From the IMG/VR virus record IMGVR_UViG_3300020469_000033, positions 1 to 64,000 of that record: a stretch of DNA of 64,000 bases; one strand, written 5' to 3'. Of the stretch, positions 38,044 to 48,550 are shown one piece after another. The translations under genes were made by a program, and so were the position numbers. The stretch is from an uncultured virus (IMG/VR IMGVR_UViG_3300020469_000033) (lineage: Duplodnaviria > Heunggongvirae > Uroviricota > Caudoviricetes). Under the pieces are notes generated by a model that was given only the letters and a program-made list of their open reading frames with translations, made no database searches and was not told where the DNA came from. Each line of letters begins with the position of its first letter. The first letter of the stretch is position 1.

Positions 38044-38376
38044 ATGGCAAATGTATTTAAAAATAGTATAAAAGGACCTGCAGGAACAGGTGGATTGAGT
38101 GTTTATACAACACCAGCTGCAACATCAACAACTGTGATTGGTGTAAATGTAGCAAATATTGTATCTCAAAACATTTATGTAGATGTACAAATAACCGATA
38201 ATTCTGCTAGTGTTACTAAATATTTAGTAAAAGGAGCAGTTATCCCAAATGGTTCATCGGCAGTTTTAGTTGGTGGTGACCAAAAAGTAGTTTTAGAGGC
38301 AAACGATTCAATAACAGTGACATCTAATGTTAATAGTTCGGCAGATGTTATTTTATCAGTATTAGAGATATCATAA
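38044..38376 (+). CDS. Small beta-rich structural adaptor protein
   Basis: Paralogous to 24612..25472; like it, precedes a giant fibre gene. Confidence 0.65.
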   Translation: MANVFKNSIKGPAGTGGLSVYTTPAATSTTVIGVNVANIVSQNIYVDVQITDNSASVTKYLVKGAVIPNGSSAVLVGGDQKVVLEANDSITVTSNVNSSADVILSVLEIS

Positions 38377-38386
38377 ATAGAGGTTA

Positions 38387-41300
38387 ATGGAATACGGAGG
38401 AAAGAACCCAAACGGAATCAATCAGGTCAGTCAAAGTTTACTTTCGATTGATGTTCAAGGTGTAGAACAAGCAACTATATCTACATCTTCGGTTGATATC
38501 AATACGTCTTTAAATGTAGATAATAGTGTAACTGCATCTTCTTTTAGTGGTTCTTTCAGAGGAGATGGTTCAGAATTAAATAATATACCAACATCAGCTC
38601 TTACTGGTGATATAGCAAGAATAGCAGAAGGTTCAGCAACCGCATCAGTTGAAAGTGGAACTACATTTGATGTAACTGGTAATACTACAATAACAGGTTC
38701 ATTAAATATAAGTTCAAATGTATCAGCATCAAGATATGATGGTGATGGTAGTGGTTTATATAATGTACCAGCATCAGCATTAGGTGATATCGATAGATTA
38801 AAATCAGGTTCAGCAGAAGCTGTAATTTCTGAAAATAAAGGTTTAAGAATAAACACAGGTACTACAATTGATAAATTTTTAATTGTAACTGGTAGTGGTA
38901 TTTTTAAGAATAATGCACAAATAGATAACGATTTAACAATCGGAAACGATTTATCAGTAGGTGGAACAATAACATCAACTGAATTAATAACAACATTTAT
39001 TTCATCATCAGTAATTTACGCATCGGGTTCGAATGTGTTTGGTGATGAAAGTACTGATTCACATCAATTTACAGGTTCAGTATTAATTAAAGATTCGGTA
39101 GTAATTCCAGTCTTTAGTTCAGAACCATCTGGTGGTGTAGTTGGACAATTATATTATAACTCAACTGATACTAACATATTTAGATACACAGGTTCAGAAT
39201 GGGAACCAGCAGCTGGTACTGCTGGAACATCTGGAACATCTGGAACGTCTGGTACATCTGGAACATCTGGAACTTCTGGAACTTCTGGAACAAGTGGTAC
39301 ATCTGGTTCATCTGGGATAGATGGTACTGATGGTACTTCTGGTAGTAGCGGTTCAAGTGGAAGTAGTGGAACTTCAGGTACATCTGGAACATCTGGCACA
39401 TCTGGTTCTTCTGGTTCTTCTGGTTCATCGGGTTCTTCTGGCTCATCGGGTTCATCTGGAACCGATGGTACTGCAGGAAGTGGAGGTACAAGTGGAAGTT
39501 CTGGTTCATCTGGTTCAAGTGGAACAAGTGCAACAAGTGGCTCATCTGGAAGTAGTGGTTCATCTGGAAGTAGTGGTTCATCTGGAAGTAGTGGTTCATC
39601 TGGTTCTTCTGGTGCAGATGGAGTTGATGGTGTAGATGGTGTAGATGGTGAAGATGGAACAAGTGGTTCGTCTGGGATAAGTGGAACATCTGGTTCAAGT
39701 GGTTCATCTGGAAGTAGTGGTTCTTCAGGTTCATCTGGTTCTTCAGGTGTTGGTGGAGCTCAAGGTACATCTGGTTCATCTGGTTCTTCAGGTTCATCTG
39801 GTTCAAGTGGTTCATCTGGTATAGATGGTACTGATGGTGAAGATGGAACAAGTGGAAGTAGTGGAAGTAGTGGTTCTTCGGGTACATCTGGAACATCTGG
39901 TTCTTCTGGTTTAACTGGAGCTGGTGGTGGTGATGGTACTCCAGGTACTGCTGGTAGTGGAGGAACATCAGGTTCTTCTGGCTCATCAGGTTCATCTGGG
40001 AGTAGTGGAACAAGTGGAACAAGCGGAACAAGTGGAACAAGTGGTTCGAGTGGAGTTGATGGAGCAGCTGGTGTAGTAGGTTCTGATGGTACAAGTGGAA
40101 GTAGTGGTTCTTCAGGTTCTTCTGGAAGTAGTGGTAGTTCTGGTTCTAGTGGTAGTTCTGGTTCAAGTGGTTCAAGTGGAACATCTGGAACAAGTGGTGT
40201 TTCTGGAGCTGAAGGTTCTTCAGGTTCTTCTGGAAGTAGTGGTAGTTCTGGTTCAAGTGGCTCAAGTGGTTCTTCTGGTTCATCGGGTTCATCGGGTTCT
40301 TCTGGAACAAGTGGTACATCTGGAACAAGTGGTACATCTGGAACGTCTGGTACATCTGGAACTTCTGGAACTTCTGGAGAAAGTGGTACAGATGGATTAT
40401 TAGCATTAACAGGTAATACTGATAATGGTGTAATCACACTTAATGGTTCAGCACCAAACGGAACTGTTGAAAGTAATCTTACTTTTGATGGTACAACATT
40501 AAACATAACAGGTAATCTGAATGTAACAGGTACTCAAACAATTGTGAATACCGAAACTATTCAGTTAGCAGATAATATTATAACTCTTAATTCAAACTTT
40601 ACAACTGGTACTCCTTCGGAGGATGGTGGTATTGAGATATTAAGAGGTTCTTCAGCAACTAAAAAATTCTATTGGAGAGAATCAATAGATTCATGGTACG
40701 CTGATGATGATTTAACAGCAACCGGGAACTTAAATGCAAGAGGTGGTACATTAATCTTAGATGAAACGGTTGGAGCAATAACTAAAATTACTAATGAGAA
40801 TAATCTATCGATTTATTCAGACCATTTAGTAAACTTTATTGAAAGTGATGCAAGTAACACAAGAGCAGTATTTGGATTAAATGGAAGTGGTAACTTTACA
40901 TTTGGACAAGGTACATTAAATACATCATATACGATGTATGTTGCTGGTACATTCTACTCAAACACAGTAGATACTGGACAAGGTGCAACTGAGGTTTATT
41001 TAATGAACCAAAATGTTCGTACATCTGATGATGTAACTTTTGATGATGTTACAGTAGGTAGTACTTCAAAGAGTGCAGATTCAGTAGTTCGAGTTCTTGC
41101 AGGTGATTCTAATAAAGCAGGTTTTGAAGCATACGGTAACTCACAAGGTACTGGTTACCTTTATGTAGGACAATCATCAACTTATGGTGGTGGTATTTCT
41201 TACAATGGAGATGGTTCACCTGGATTTATCAATGGTGAAACTTCAGATAGAATTACATTCTTTAATAGAGAAGCTGGTACAAATAATGAAGTATTTAGTT

Positions 41301-44300
41301 ATTCATATAGTGGAACAACCGTAGCTTTCAATGGCACAATAACCGCAGCAAATATTAATACTGGACAAGGTACAACTGAGGTTTATTTAATGAATCAGAA
41401 TGTTCGTACATCAGATTCACCTCAATTTGCTGGACTAAACTTAGGTAATGGTAATTTAAATACTGTTGAAAACATATATTTAGATGATAGAATTTATAGT
41501 CAAGGTGATACCGATACTTATTTACAATTCCATGATGCTAATCAATTTAGAATTGTTACTGGTGGTACAGAAATGTTGGAAGTTAACGATACTTACGTTA
41601 AACTTGGTGCCTCTTTAAATGCAAATAACCAACAACTTCTTAATGTTGAAGATATTGGATTAAATGACCGTATTTTCCACGATGGTGATACTAACACATA
41701 CATTCAATTCCAATCTGCAGATAATTTTAGAGTTGTAACTGGTGGTGGTGAACGATTAGAAATAAATAATAATGAAGTACAAGTAAAAAATAATTTTAGA
41801 GCATATGGTGGTGGTTCAATTGATACATCGCCTGATGGTACAACATTTGCAAATACAATTGGGGGTGGTTCTAATAGTAGAGTAATTAATTTTGAAGGAC
41901 CATCTAACTCAGTATCAACTTGGTACACATCTGGTAATACAGCTTTAGGTGCTATTGACCAAAACTCTTCATATATGAGTATGTGGCAGAACTTAGGTTC
42001 TGGTTGGGCAGAGCAAATGAGAATTTATAGAGGATATGTTCAAGCTAATAACTCATTTAGAGCACCTATTTTCTATGATTCAAATGATACTGCGTATTAT
42101 GTAAACCCAAATGACTTCTCTAATTTTGGTAAATCAAATGGACCTGTAATGCAAATTACTAAAACTGGTTCAGCTCCCGGAAACAATACAACTTTAATAG
42201 TAGAAAATACATACGCAAATCATTCTTGGGGTGTTGTTCAAGAAATAAGAGGGGGTGGTATTTCTGGAACTGATAGACCTGCTTTATTATTCTCATCACC
42301 ACTAACTTCACAAACTTGGACAAGTGGTTATTACCAAACTTCAGATTCTTACGCTATTACATCTAATCGAGGATATAGAAATGGTGGTTGGGGTAGTTGG
42401 AGAATGTTAGTAGACTCAAGTGGTAATGTAGAAGCTGCAGGTTCATCAAGAGCACCAATATTTTATGATTCTAATAATACTGGAACTTATGTAGACCCTA
42501 ATACAACAGGAGTATCTTTTCAAACATTAGGTCAAGTAAGAACTACTAGAGCAGATGGATTTAGAGTTGATAGTGCATCATATGCTAGAATAGATTTGGA
42601 TTCTAATAATAATTGGTCTTATATAAGATTGCAAGATAATGGAGCAGTTTCTTGGGATATTGCATCATATAATGGTGGTAATTTAGAACTAAGACCAGGT
42701 GGAGGTAGTTCAAACAGAACTTATTTCGATAGTAGTGGTAATTCATACTCCGAAACTTCTAAAAGAGCACCAATATTCTATGATTCAAATGATACTGCTT
42801 ATTATGGTAATTTTGCTTCAACTTCTAGATTATATCATGCAGAAAACACATATGGTAGTGAATTCATACATAAAAAACATTCTGGTTCTGATTTTACATC
42901 TGGTACATTAGTACAAACTGATATTACATCAAATACTACAAACGGAGCATCGTTTGTATTAGAAGCAACTGGTAAAAGTTATTCAGCAGACTCACCATTT
43001 AACTTTATGGTACAGGGTTATCTATATGCTAACACTATTATCAACCATTCTGGTTTACATTTAGGTAAAGCTGGATTCTCTACAATGAAGGTATTTGATA
43101 ATGGTGGTACACTTGCATTCTGGTGGCCAAGAGTATCTTATTGGAATTCATTTGAAGTAAGAGTAAGGGATGCTGGTGGAAGTGCAAGAAATAGAGTAAC
43201 AAATATTAGTAATTCAACCGAACCTTCATCTTCTAAGAAGGTAACGGTAACAATGAGAGCTGTACCAATTGGTGGAACTACAACAAACGCACAAGATATG
43301 TACGCACCTCGTTATTACGATAGTGATAACACTGCTTACTATGGTGATTTTGCATCAACATCTGTAATGAATAATGTTCAAGTAAATGGACAATTAGATA
43401 TTAGAGGATATATTGATGCTGATTCTAATGACCCTATTGAGATTTACGCCAATATGGAATTCCAAGACAACCAAACTTTAAGATTTGGTAATGGTTCGGA
43501 TTTAAGAATTTGGCATGATGGGTCAAACCACTATTTTAAAAATTATAATCATGGTGAAGGTGATTTCTACTTCCAAGGTGAAGATAATGAAGGAACAAAC
43601 CATGCACTTTTTTACTTAATTACTGATACTTCTCGTCCTTATCTACAATTATTCGAAGATGGAGCAGAAAGGTTAAGAACTATATCAACAGGTGTTAGGG
43701 TTTATGGTGAATATCAAATTAATGATTCAAATACTCAGTTAGAAGAAGGTGGTGGTAATTCTCTAAGAATGAGAACCAACTATGGATATGTTGATATGGG
43801 GCCAATGAATAGTTCATACGCACATTTCCAAACCGATAGAGGATTATTCTACTTCAATAGACAATTAAGAACTGATGGTGGTATTTCGGCATACGATACT
43901 AATGATTATGCATACTATCCAATTTATTATGATTTCAATAATACAGGATATTATGTAAAACCATCATCTGATACTAGATTACATCATCTTTATGTTGAAG
44001 GTGGACATGGTGATACTCGAATTCAATTACACTACAATAATGGTAATGATATTTACGATGCTCATTTAACACTTTGGGCATCTGAGCCAGGTATCACTTA
44101 TGATAACACAGGTATTGGTGGTAACATTAATTATAGTGGACAATATTATGGTAGACAGACTAATAGTAACCCTTATGGTGCATATGTAAGATTCGATGTA
44201 AATAGTGGACACGTTGAAGCATGGACAACAACTGGTAGTGCTGGTAGTTCTGGTGGACAAGGTACAAGACAATGGTATGTAAATCAAGCTGGTGATGCAT

Positions 44301-47300
44301 ATACAAGAAGTTCAAATAGAGCACCAATTTTCTATGATGTAAATAACACTGGATTCTACGCAAATCCAGCATCTCAATCTAATTTTAATACTCTTACTTT
44401 AACAGGTAATAGAATTGGATTCATCAACACATCATTTGATGCTGAAATTAGAGTATCTGATGCTAATCCAAATGGAACTGGTGCAGAATTTGTATTTTAT
44501 GGTGATACTGGTGCTAATAATGCACAACTTACGGCAGAAGTAGGTAACTTTACTGCAAATGTAAGAACACCTATAATGTATGATTCCAATAATACAGGAT
44601 ATTATTCAGACCCTAATGGTACATCTAGATTAAATTCAATAAACGCAAATGAAATAATTGTTGATGGATTTGAAATAGCAGATACCGCATCAAGAAGTGT
44701 AAGTGCAGGACAATGGGTAACTATTGCTACGGGAAGTGGTAGACAATATGCTACCTTCAATGTGTGGGATACTAATAGTAGTAGACATGGTTCGATGTCA
44801 TTTACTGCTGGTATTTCTTATGGTCAACAAGGTACAATTACTATGTTAGGTAAATCTTGGTATAGTTCTAATGGTATTTTTAATAACATTAGAATTAGAA
44901 AAAGTGGTACATATGATACTCATTACTTACAAATTTATATAAGAACTTCTGGTACATTATATTACGCAATAACAAATAACTTCCAATCTCCTGGTTGGTC
45001 ATTAACAACATCAGGAACAGGAAATCCTGGTTCAACAACAGCATGTGAAGTAGTACCTGATTCATATCCAGGTCTTGCTACTAACAGAAACATTTATAGT
45101 GGTCAAAGTGTATATGCTGGAGAATACATGTACGCACAAAGATTTTATGATTCCAATAGTAATAGTTTCTACTTAGACCCAGCCTCTACATCTTATTTAA
45201 ATGATGTAAGAGCAGATATTTACTATGATAGAAATAATACATCATACTATGGTAACTTTGCTAGTACATCGTACTTTAATGATATTCGACCAAATATCAT
45301 GTATGATAGAAATGATACTGGATTCTATGTAAACCCTCGAAATAATTCTAGAATGAGTGGTTTACGATTGAGTGGTATTGATAATCAAGCTTCTGGTGAT
45401 GATGCACTATTATGGTTAGATAAACCAAATAATAATGACTGGGGTATTATCTTAACTGGTGATGATGATTATGGTATTGACCTTAGAATGGCATCAACTA
45501 ACAACTATGCAATAAGAGTGTTAAGAGGTGGTAGTGAAATGTTTAGAGTAAACTCTGATTACGCATATCACTACTCAGATATGAGGTCTCCAATCTTTTA
45601 TGATTCATCAAATACTGGATATTATGTAGACCCTGCATCTTTCTCAAATCTTAATAGTGGTTTAAGAGCAACTGAAATCTATGCAAGAAACTGGTTCAGA
45701 AATGATAATAGTGGTGAAGGTTTATATAACCAATCAACTGGAATGCATTGGTATTCTGATTCATCATCTCGTTGGAGAGCATATTCTGGTTCTTCTACAT
45801 CACAAATTTTATTCACAACATCTGGTAACAATGCTAGAGGATATGTTTACGCAACTAACTCAAATGAAATTGGTTTCTTAGACCAAGGTGGAAGTTGGGC
45901 AATCAGACACCAAAATGATAATGGTACTTATTTCTATACTGATGGTAGTTCATTAGAATTTAGTGTTGGTAGAGATACAGTAGGTGGTAACTATGGTACT
46001 GTTAGAACTCATTCTACTAGAGGTGGATGGGGTGGATACTCTATTAATGGTGGATGGGTGTTTATGCACGACCATTCAAACGCAGCTGGTATCTATAATG
46101 ATTATGAAAATGAGTGGGCTATATTAATGTATAGAAACTCATATGTGGAACTAAGATACAATGGTACTTGGGAACAAAGAACTCAAAGTGGATATGTACA
46201 AGCGCGAGGTTCTTATAGAGCACCACTTTTCTATGATTCAAATGATACTGGATATTATGTAGACCCTAATTCAACTGGACAAGCTGCAAGATTTAGAGGA
46301 AGAATTTATATTGGACCAAACAATAGTTGGGGAAGATACTTACAAGTCGGTGGTAATGGTAGAGAATTCGTAAACAATTCATCGATTGCATCGGTAGTAA
46401 CTACAAATGGTAACTTACACTTAGATTCAGCTAGTGGATATACTACATATATTAACTACTATGATGGTGGAACAACAATATTTGGTACTGGTTCAAATAA
46501 TGAAGTAGCGAGATTAAACTCAGATTACTTTAGACATAATTCTGATGTAAGAAGTCCACTTTTCTATGATAATAACAACACTGGTTATTATGGTGATTTT
46601 GCATCTACAACAATTACCAATGTAACAAGAGCAAATTACCTTAGTAATAGATATGATGTATCTACAGACCATCAATTTGGTATGTATTTCTCATCTGGTA
46701 GAAGTACTGCATACGCTATTTATAGAGAAGGTGGTGGATGGTCTTATAGATATCCTGATTTAAGAATCGCATTCCATACTGGTATTAAGTTTGGAGCAAA
46801 CGCATCTTACAATGGTATGCGTTTCTACAACGATTACAATATGGCAACGCAGGTCATGTCTGTTAACAACTCTACTGACCCATTAGGTACAAATAACGTA
46901 TATGTTAACTACAACCTACAAGCAGGTTCTTCATTAAGAGCACCAATTATTTATGATTCAAATAATACTGGTTATTATTTCGATGGTGCATCTGCACACT
47001 CTACGAGATTCGAAGGTGTGAGTAATAGAACGATGGCTTACATAGGTCAGCCGGGTCATACAAGAAATAGTGGTGAATATTATAGAGCTAGACCTCGTCA
47101 AACCAGTGATACTAACTATTGGACTGGTGCATTTGGATGGGGTAGACAAGATATGAACGTTGTTTCAACTTGGGGTTCTGGTTTCATTGATTCTTGGAGT
47201 AATCCAGGTAACCAACCTTCAGGTACATCTCACTGGGTAGGAATGCAGGCATTCCATTATCGTAGTTCGAACACTGGTGGTTACGGATGGCAGATGGTTG

Positions 47301-48208
47301 GTGGACCAATTACTAACTTGAGATTCAGAAGTTCTTGGAGTGGATGGAGAAGTTGGAGAACTATTCCTGTTCTTGATGAGAATAGTAGTAATGGTGGTTC
47401 AATGTATGCTGGTAGATATTACGATTCAAATAATACTGGATACTATGTAGACCCAGCATCAACATCAAATCAAAGTAGTATATATGTAAACAACTGGTTT
47501 AGAGCTAGAAGTTCATCAGGTCTTTACTTCCAAGATAGAGGATGTGGATTACGTGCTGTAAGAGATGAAGGTGGACAGTATGGTACTGTTGCAACTTATG
47601 GTTCGGATGTAGGTGGATACGAAGGATGGTCTATTGGTGGTAGAATTGTGTTTATGCACGATATGAGTTCTGCTAATGGTATTTACAATGATGTAAATAA
47701 CGAATGGCACATGCTTAACTATCGAAACGATAGAGTAAGATTATACTATAATGGTGCTGAAAAAATAAGAACTGAATCATATGGTGCATATGTTATTGGT
47801 TCAATGCGTTCATCATCTGATATAATCGCTTACTATTCTGATATGAGATTGAAGGATAAGGAAGGTGATATTGAAAATGCTCTTGATAAAATTGGTAAAT
47901 TAAATGGTTTCTATTATAGAAATAATAAAGAAGCTAATGCAATTGGATATGAAGGAACTGAACTACAAATAGGTGTATCCGCACAAGATGTTAAAGAAGT
48001 TCTTCCTGAGATTGTTAAACCAGCACCTCTTGCAGAACAATTGGGGTATGATTATATGACAATTCAATATGATAAGTTAACTCCTTTATTAATTAACGCA
48101 GTGAATGAACAAAACGATATAGTTAAATCACAAAAAGAAGAAATTGAATATTTAAAATCAGAACTCTCAGAAATGAAAGAGATGATGAAAGAATTATTAA
48201 ACAAATAA
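38387..48208 (+). CDS. Long tail fibre (3273 aa) with Gly-X-Y tract, ~15 APIFYDSN-type repeats and C-terminal peptidase S74 intramolecular chaperone
   Basis: C-terminal YYSDMRLK....I.NAL.KI..L.G..Y...G..AQ.V..VLPE.V...Y..L..LLI.A..E plus coiled coil is the S74 chaperone signature. Confidence 0.88.
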   Translation: MEYGGKNPNGINQVSQSLLSIDVQGVEQATISTSSVDINTSLNVDNSVTASSFSGSFRGDGSELNNIPTSALTGDIARIAEGSATASVESGTTFDVTGNTTITGSLNISSNVSASRYDGDGSGLYNVPASALGDIDRLKSGSAEAVISENKGLRINTGTTIDKFLIVTGSGIFKNNAQIDNDLTIGNDLSVGGTITSTELITTFISSSVIYASGSNVFGDESTDSHQFTGSVLIKDSVVIPVFSSEPSGGVVGQLYYNSTDTNIFRYTGSEWEPAAGTAGTSGTSGTSGTSGTSGTSGTSGTSGTSGSSGIDGTDGTSGSSGSSGSSGTSGTSGTSGTSGSSGSSGSSGSSGSSGSSGTDGTAGSGGTSGSSGSSGSSGTSATSGSSGSSGSSGSSGSSGSSGSSGSSGADGVDGVDGVDGEDGTSGSSGISGTSGSSGSSGSSGSSGSSGSSGVGGAQGTSGSSGSSGSSGSSGSSGIDGTDGEDGTSGSSGSSGSSGTSGTSGSSGLTGAGGGDGTPGTAGSGGTSGSSGSSGSSGSSGTSGTSGTSGTSGSSGVDGAAGVVGSDGTSGSSGSSGSSGSSGSSGSSGSSGSSGSSGTSGTSGVSGAEGSSGSSGSSGSSGSSGSSGSSGSSGSSGSSGTSGTSGTSGTSGTSGTSGTSGTSGESGTDGLLALTGNTDNGVITLNGSAPNGTVESNLTFDGTTLNITGNLNVTGTQTIVNTETIQLADNIITLNSNFTTGTPSEDGGIEILRGSSATKKFYWRESIDSWYADDDLTATGNLNARGGTLILDETVGAITKITNENNLSIYSDHLVNFIESDASNTRAVFGLNGSGNFTFGQGTLNTSYTMYVAGTFYSNTVDTGQGATEVYLMNQNVRTSDDVTFDDVTVGSTSKSADSVVRVLAGDSNKAGFEAYGNSQGTGYLYVGQSSTYGGGISYNGDGSPGFINGETSDRITFFNREAGTNNEVFSYSYSGTTVAFNGTITAANINTGQGTTEVYLMNQNVRTSDSPQFAGLNLGNGNLNTVENIYLDDRIYSQGDTDTYLQFHDANQFRIVTGGTEMLEVNDTYVKLGASLNANNQQLLNVEDIGLNDRIFHDGDTNTYIQFQSADNFRVVTGGGERLEINNNEVQVKNNFRAYGGGSIDTSPDGTTFANTIGGGSNSRVINFEGPSNSVSTWYTSGNTALGAIDQNSSYMSMWQNLGSGWAEQMRIYRGYVQANNSFRAPIFYDSNDTAYYVNPNDFSNFGKSNGPVMQITKTGSAPGNNTTLIVENTYANHSWGVVQEIRGGGISGTDRPALLFSSPLTSQTWTSGYYQTSDSYAITSNRGYRNGGWGSWRMLVDSSGNVEAAGSSRAPIFYDSNNTGTYVDPNTTGVSFQTLGQVRTTRADGFRVDSASYARIDLDSNNNWSYIRLQDNGAVSWDIASYNGGNLELRPGGGSSNRTYFDSSGNSYSETSKRAPIFYDSNDTAYYGNFASTSRLYHAENTYGSEFIHKKHSGSDFTSGTLVQTDITSNTTNGASFVLEATGKSYSADSPFNFMVQGYLYANTIINHSGLHLGKAGFSTMKVFDNGGTLAFWWPRVSYWNSFEVRVRDAGGSARNRVTNISNSTEPSSSKKVTVTMRAVPIGGTTTNAQDMYAPRYYDSDNTAYYGDFASTSVMNNVQVNGQLDIRGYIDADSNDPIEIYANMEFQDNQTLRFGNGSDLRIWHDGSNHYFKNYNHGEGDFYFQGEDNEGTNHALFYLITDTSRPYLQLFEDGAERLRTISTGVRVYGEYQINDSNTQLEEGGGNSLRMRTNYGYVDMGPMNSSYAHFQTDRGLFYFNRQLRTDGGISAYDTNDYAYYPIYYDFNNTGYYVKPSSDTRLHHLYVEGGHGDTRIQLHYNNGNDIYDAHLTLWASEPGITYDNTGIGGNINYSGQYYGRQTNSNPYGAYVRFDVNSGHVEAWTTTGSAGSSGGQGTRQWYVNQAGDAYTRSSNRAPIFYDVNNTGFYANPASQSNFNTLTLTGNRIGFINTSFDAEIRVSDANPNGTGAEFVFYGDTGANNAQLTAEVGNFTANVRTPIMYDSNNTGYYSDPNGTSRLNSINANEIIVDGFEIADTASRSVSAGQWVTIATGSGRQYATFNVWDTNSSRHGSMSFTAGISYGQQGTITMLGKSWYSSNGIFNNIRIRKSGTYDTHYLQIYIRTSGTLYYAITNNFQSPGWSLTTSGTGNPGSTTACEVVPDSYPGLATNRNIYSGQSVYAGEYMYAQRFYDSNSNSFYLDPASTSYLNDVRADIYYDRNNTSYYGNFASTSYFNDIRPNIMYDRNDTGFYVNPRNNSRMSGLRLSGIDNQASGDDALLWLDKPNNNDWGIILTGDDDYGIDLRMASTNNYAIRVLRGGSEMFRVNSDYAYHYSDMRSPIFYDSSNTGYYVDPASFSNLNSGLRATEIYARNWFRNDNSGEGLYNQSTGMHWYSDSSSRWRAYSGSSTSQILFTTSGNNARGYVYATNSNEIGFLDQGGSWAIRHQNDNGTYFYTDGSSLEFSVGRDTVGGNYGTVRTHSTRGGWGGYSINGGWVFMHDHSNAAGIYNDYENEWAILMYRNSYVELRYNGTWEQRTQSGYVQARGSYRAPLFYDSNDTGYYVDPNSTGQAARFRGRIYIGPNNSWGRYLQVGGNGREFVNNSSIASVVTTNGNLHLDSASGYTTYINYYDGGTTIFGTGSNNEVARLNSDYFRHNSDVRSPLFYDNNNTGYYGDFASTTITNVTRANYLSNRYDVSTDHQFGMYFSSGRSTAYAIYREGGGWSYRYPDLRIAFHTGIKFGANASYNGMRFYNDYNMATQVMSVNNSTDPLGTNNVYVNYNLQAGSSLRAPIIYDSNNTGYYFDGASAHSTRFEGVSNRTMAYIGQPGHTRNSGEYYRARPRQTSDTNYWTGAFGWGRQDMNVVSTWGSGFIDSWSNPGNQPSGTSHWVGMQAFHYRSSNTGGYGWQMVGGPITNLRFRSSWSGWRSWRTIPVLDENSSNGGSMYAGRYYDSNNTGYYVDPASTSNQSSIYVNNWFRARSSSGLYFQDRGCGLRAVRDEGGQYGTVATYGSDVGGYEGWSIGGRIVFMHDMSSANGIYNDVNNEWHMLNYRNDRVRLYYNGAEKIRTESYGAYVIGSMRSSSDIIAYYSDMRLKDKEGDIENALDKIGKLNGFYYRNNKEANAIGYEGTELQIGVSAQDVKEVLPEIVKPAPLAEQLGYDYMTIQYDKLTPLLINAVNEQNDIVKSQKEEIEYLKSELSEMKEMMKELLNK
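39215..40397 (+). repeat. Second Gly-X-Y (GSS/GTS/GVD) coding tract, about 395 aa
   Basis: Gly at every third residue in the translation. Confidence 0.95.
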
Positions 48209-48212
48209 TAAA

Positions 48213-48455
48213 ATGGCAATAGAAAAAGAAATAGTTTTAAACAAATTAGAAATTAATGTCAATACACCACATCTTGAGGTAATAAAAAGAATATCATTTA
48301 TTGAAGATGGGGTGGAGATTAACAGAAATCATACAAGTACTTTTTATCAATTTGATAATGAAGCACATTTGTATGTAAGTGAATCTACATTTATTCAAAC
48401 GATTTGGTCAGAAGTATCAAGTAGTTTTGTAGAAACATCTGGAAGTATATCTTAA
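48213..48455 (+). CDS. Small fibre-associated hypothetical protein
   Basis: Follows the S74 fibre gene; A-rich initiation region. Confidence 0.6.
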   Translation: MAIEKEIVLNKLEINVNTPHLEVIKRISFIEDGVEINRNHTSTFYQFDNEAHLYVSESTFIQTIWSEVSSSFVETSGSIS

Positions 48456-48480
48456 TATTTGTGTTTAACTAAAATTAGTT

Positions 48481-48489
48481 ATATTTATA
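48481..48489 (+). promoter_or_regulatory. Putative late promoter motif ATATTTATA, followed by a hairpin and the variant ATACTTATA (48522-48530)
   Basis: The 19-mer TTATATTTATAGGTGATTG is identical at 63339-63357. Confidence 0.6.
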
Positions 48490-48550
48490 GGTGATTGTTT
48501 TCCGTTTGGGGAACAACCTATATACTTATATATATAAAAAGGAAAATAAA

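Noticed and set aside
32273..40397. Short periodic DNA resembling a CRISPR array or satellite
   Set aside because: No constant repeat with unique spacers; the periodicity is 9 nt, in frame, and varies at synonymous positions, so it is coding.
39154..40506. Overlapping ORFs across the second Gly-X-Y tract
   Set aside because: Same shadow-frame artefact.
42055..47470. Shufflon or invertible fibre cassettes
   Set aside because: The repeats are direct and in frame, with no inverted silent cassettes and no recombinase gene in the window.
48491..48550. GTG start giving a 146-aa protein
   Set aside because: This stretch holds promoter-like boxes and a hairpin; ATG 48551 has the capsid-like initiation context.
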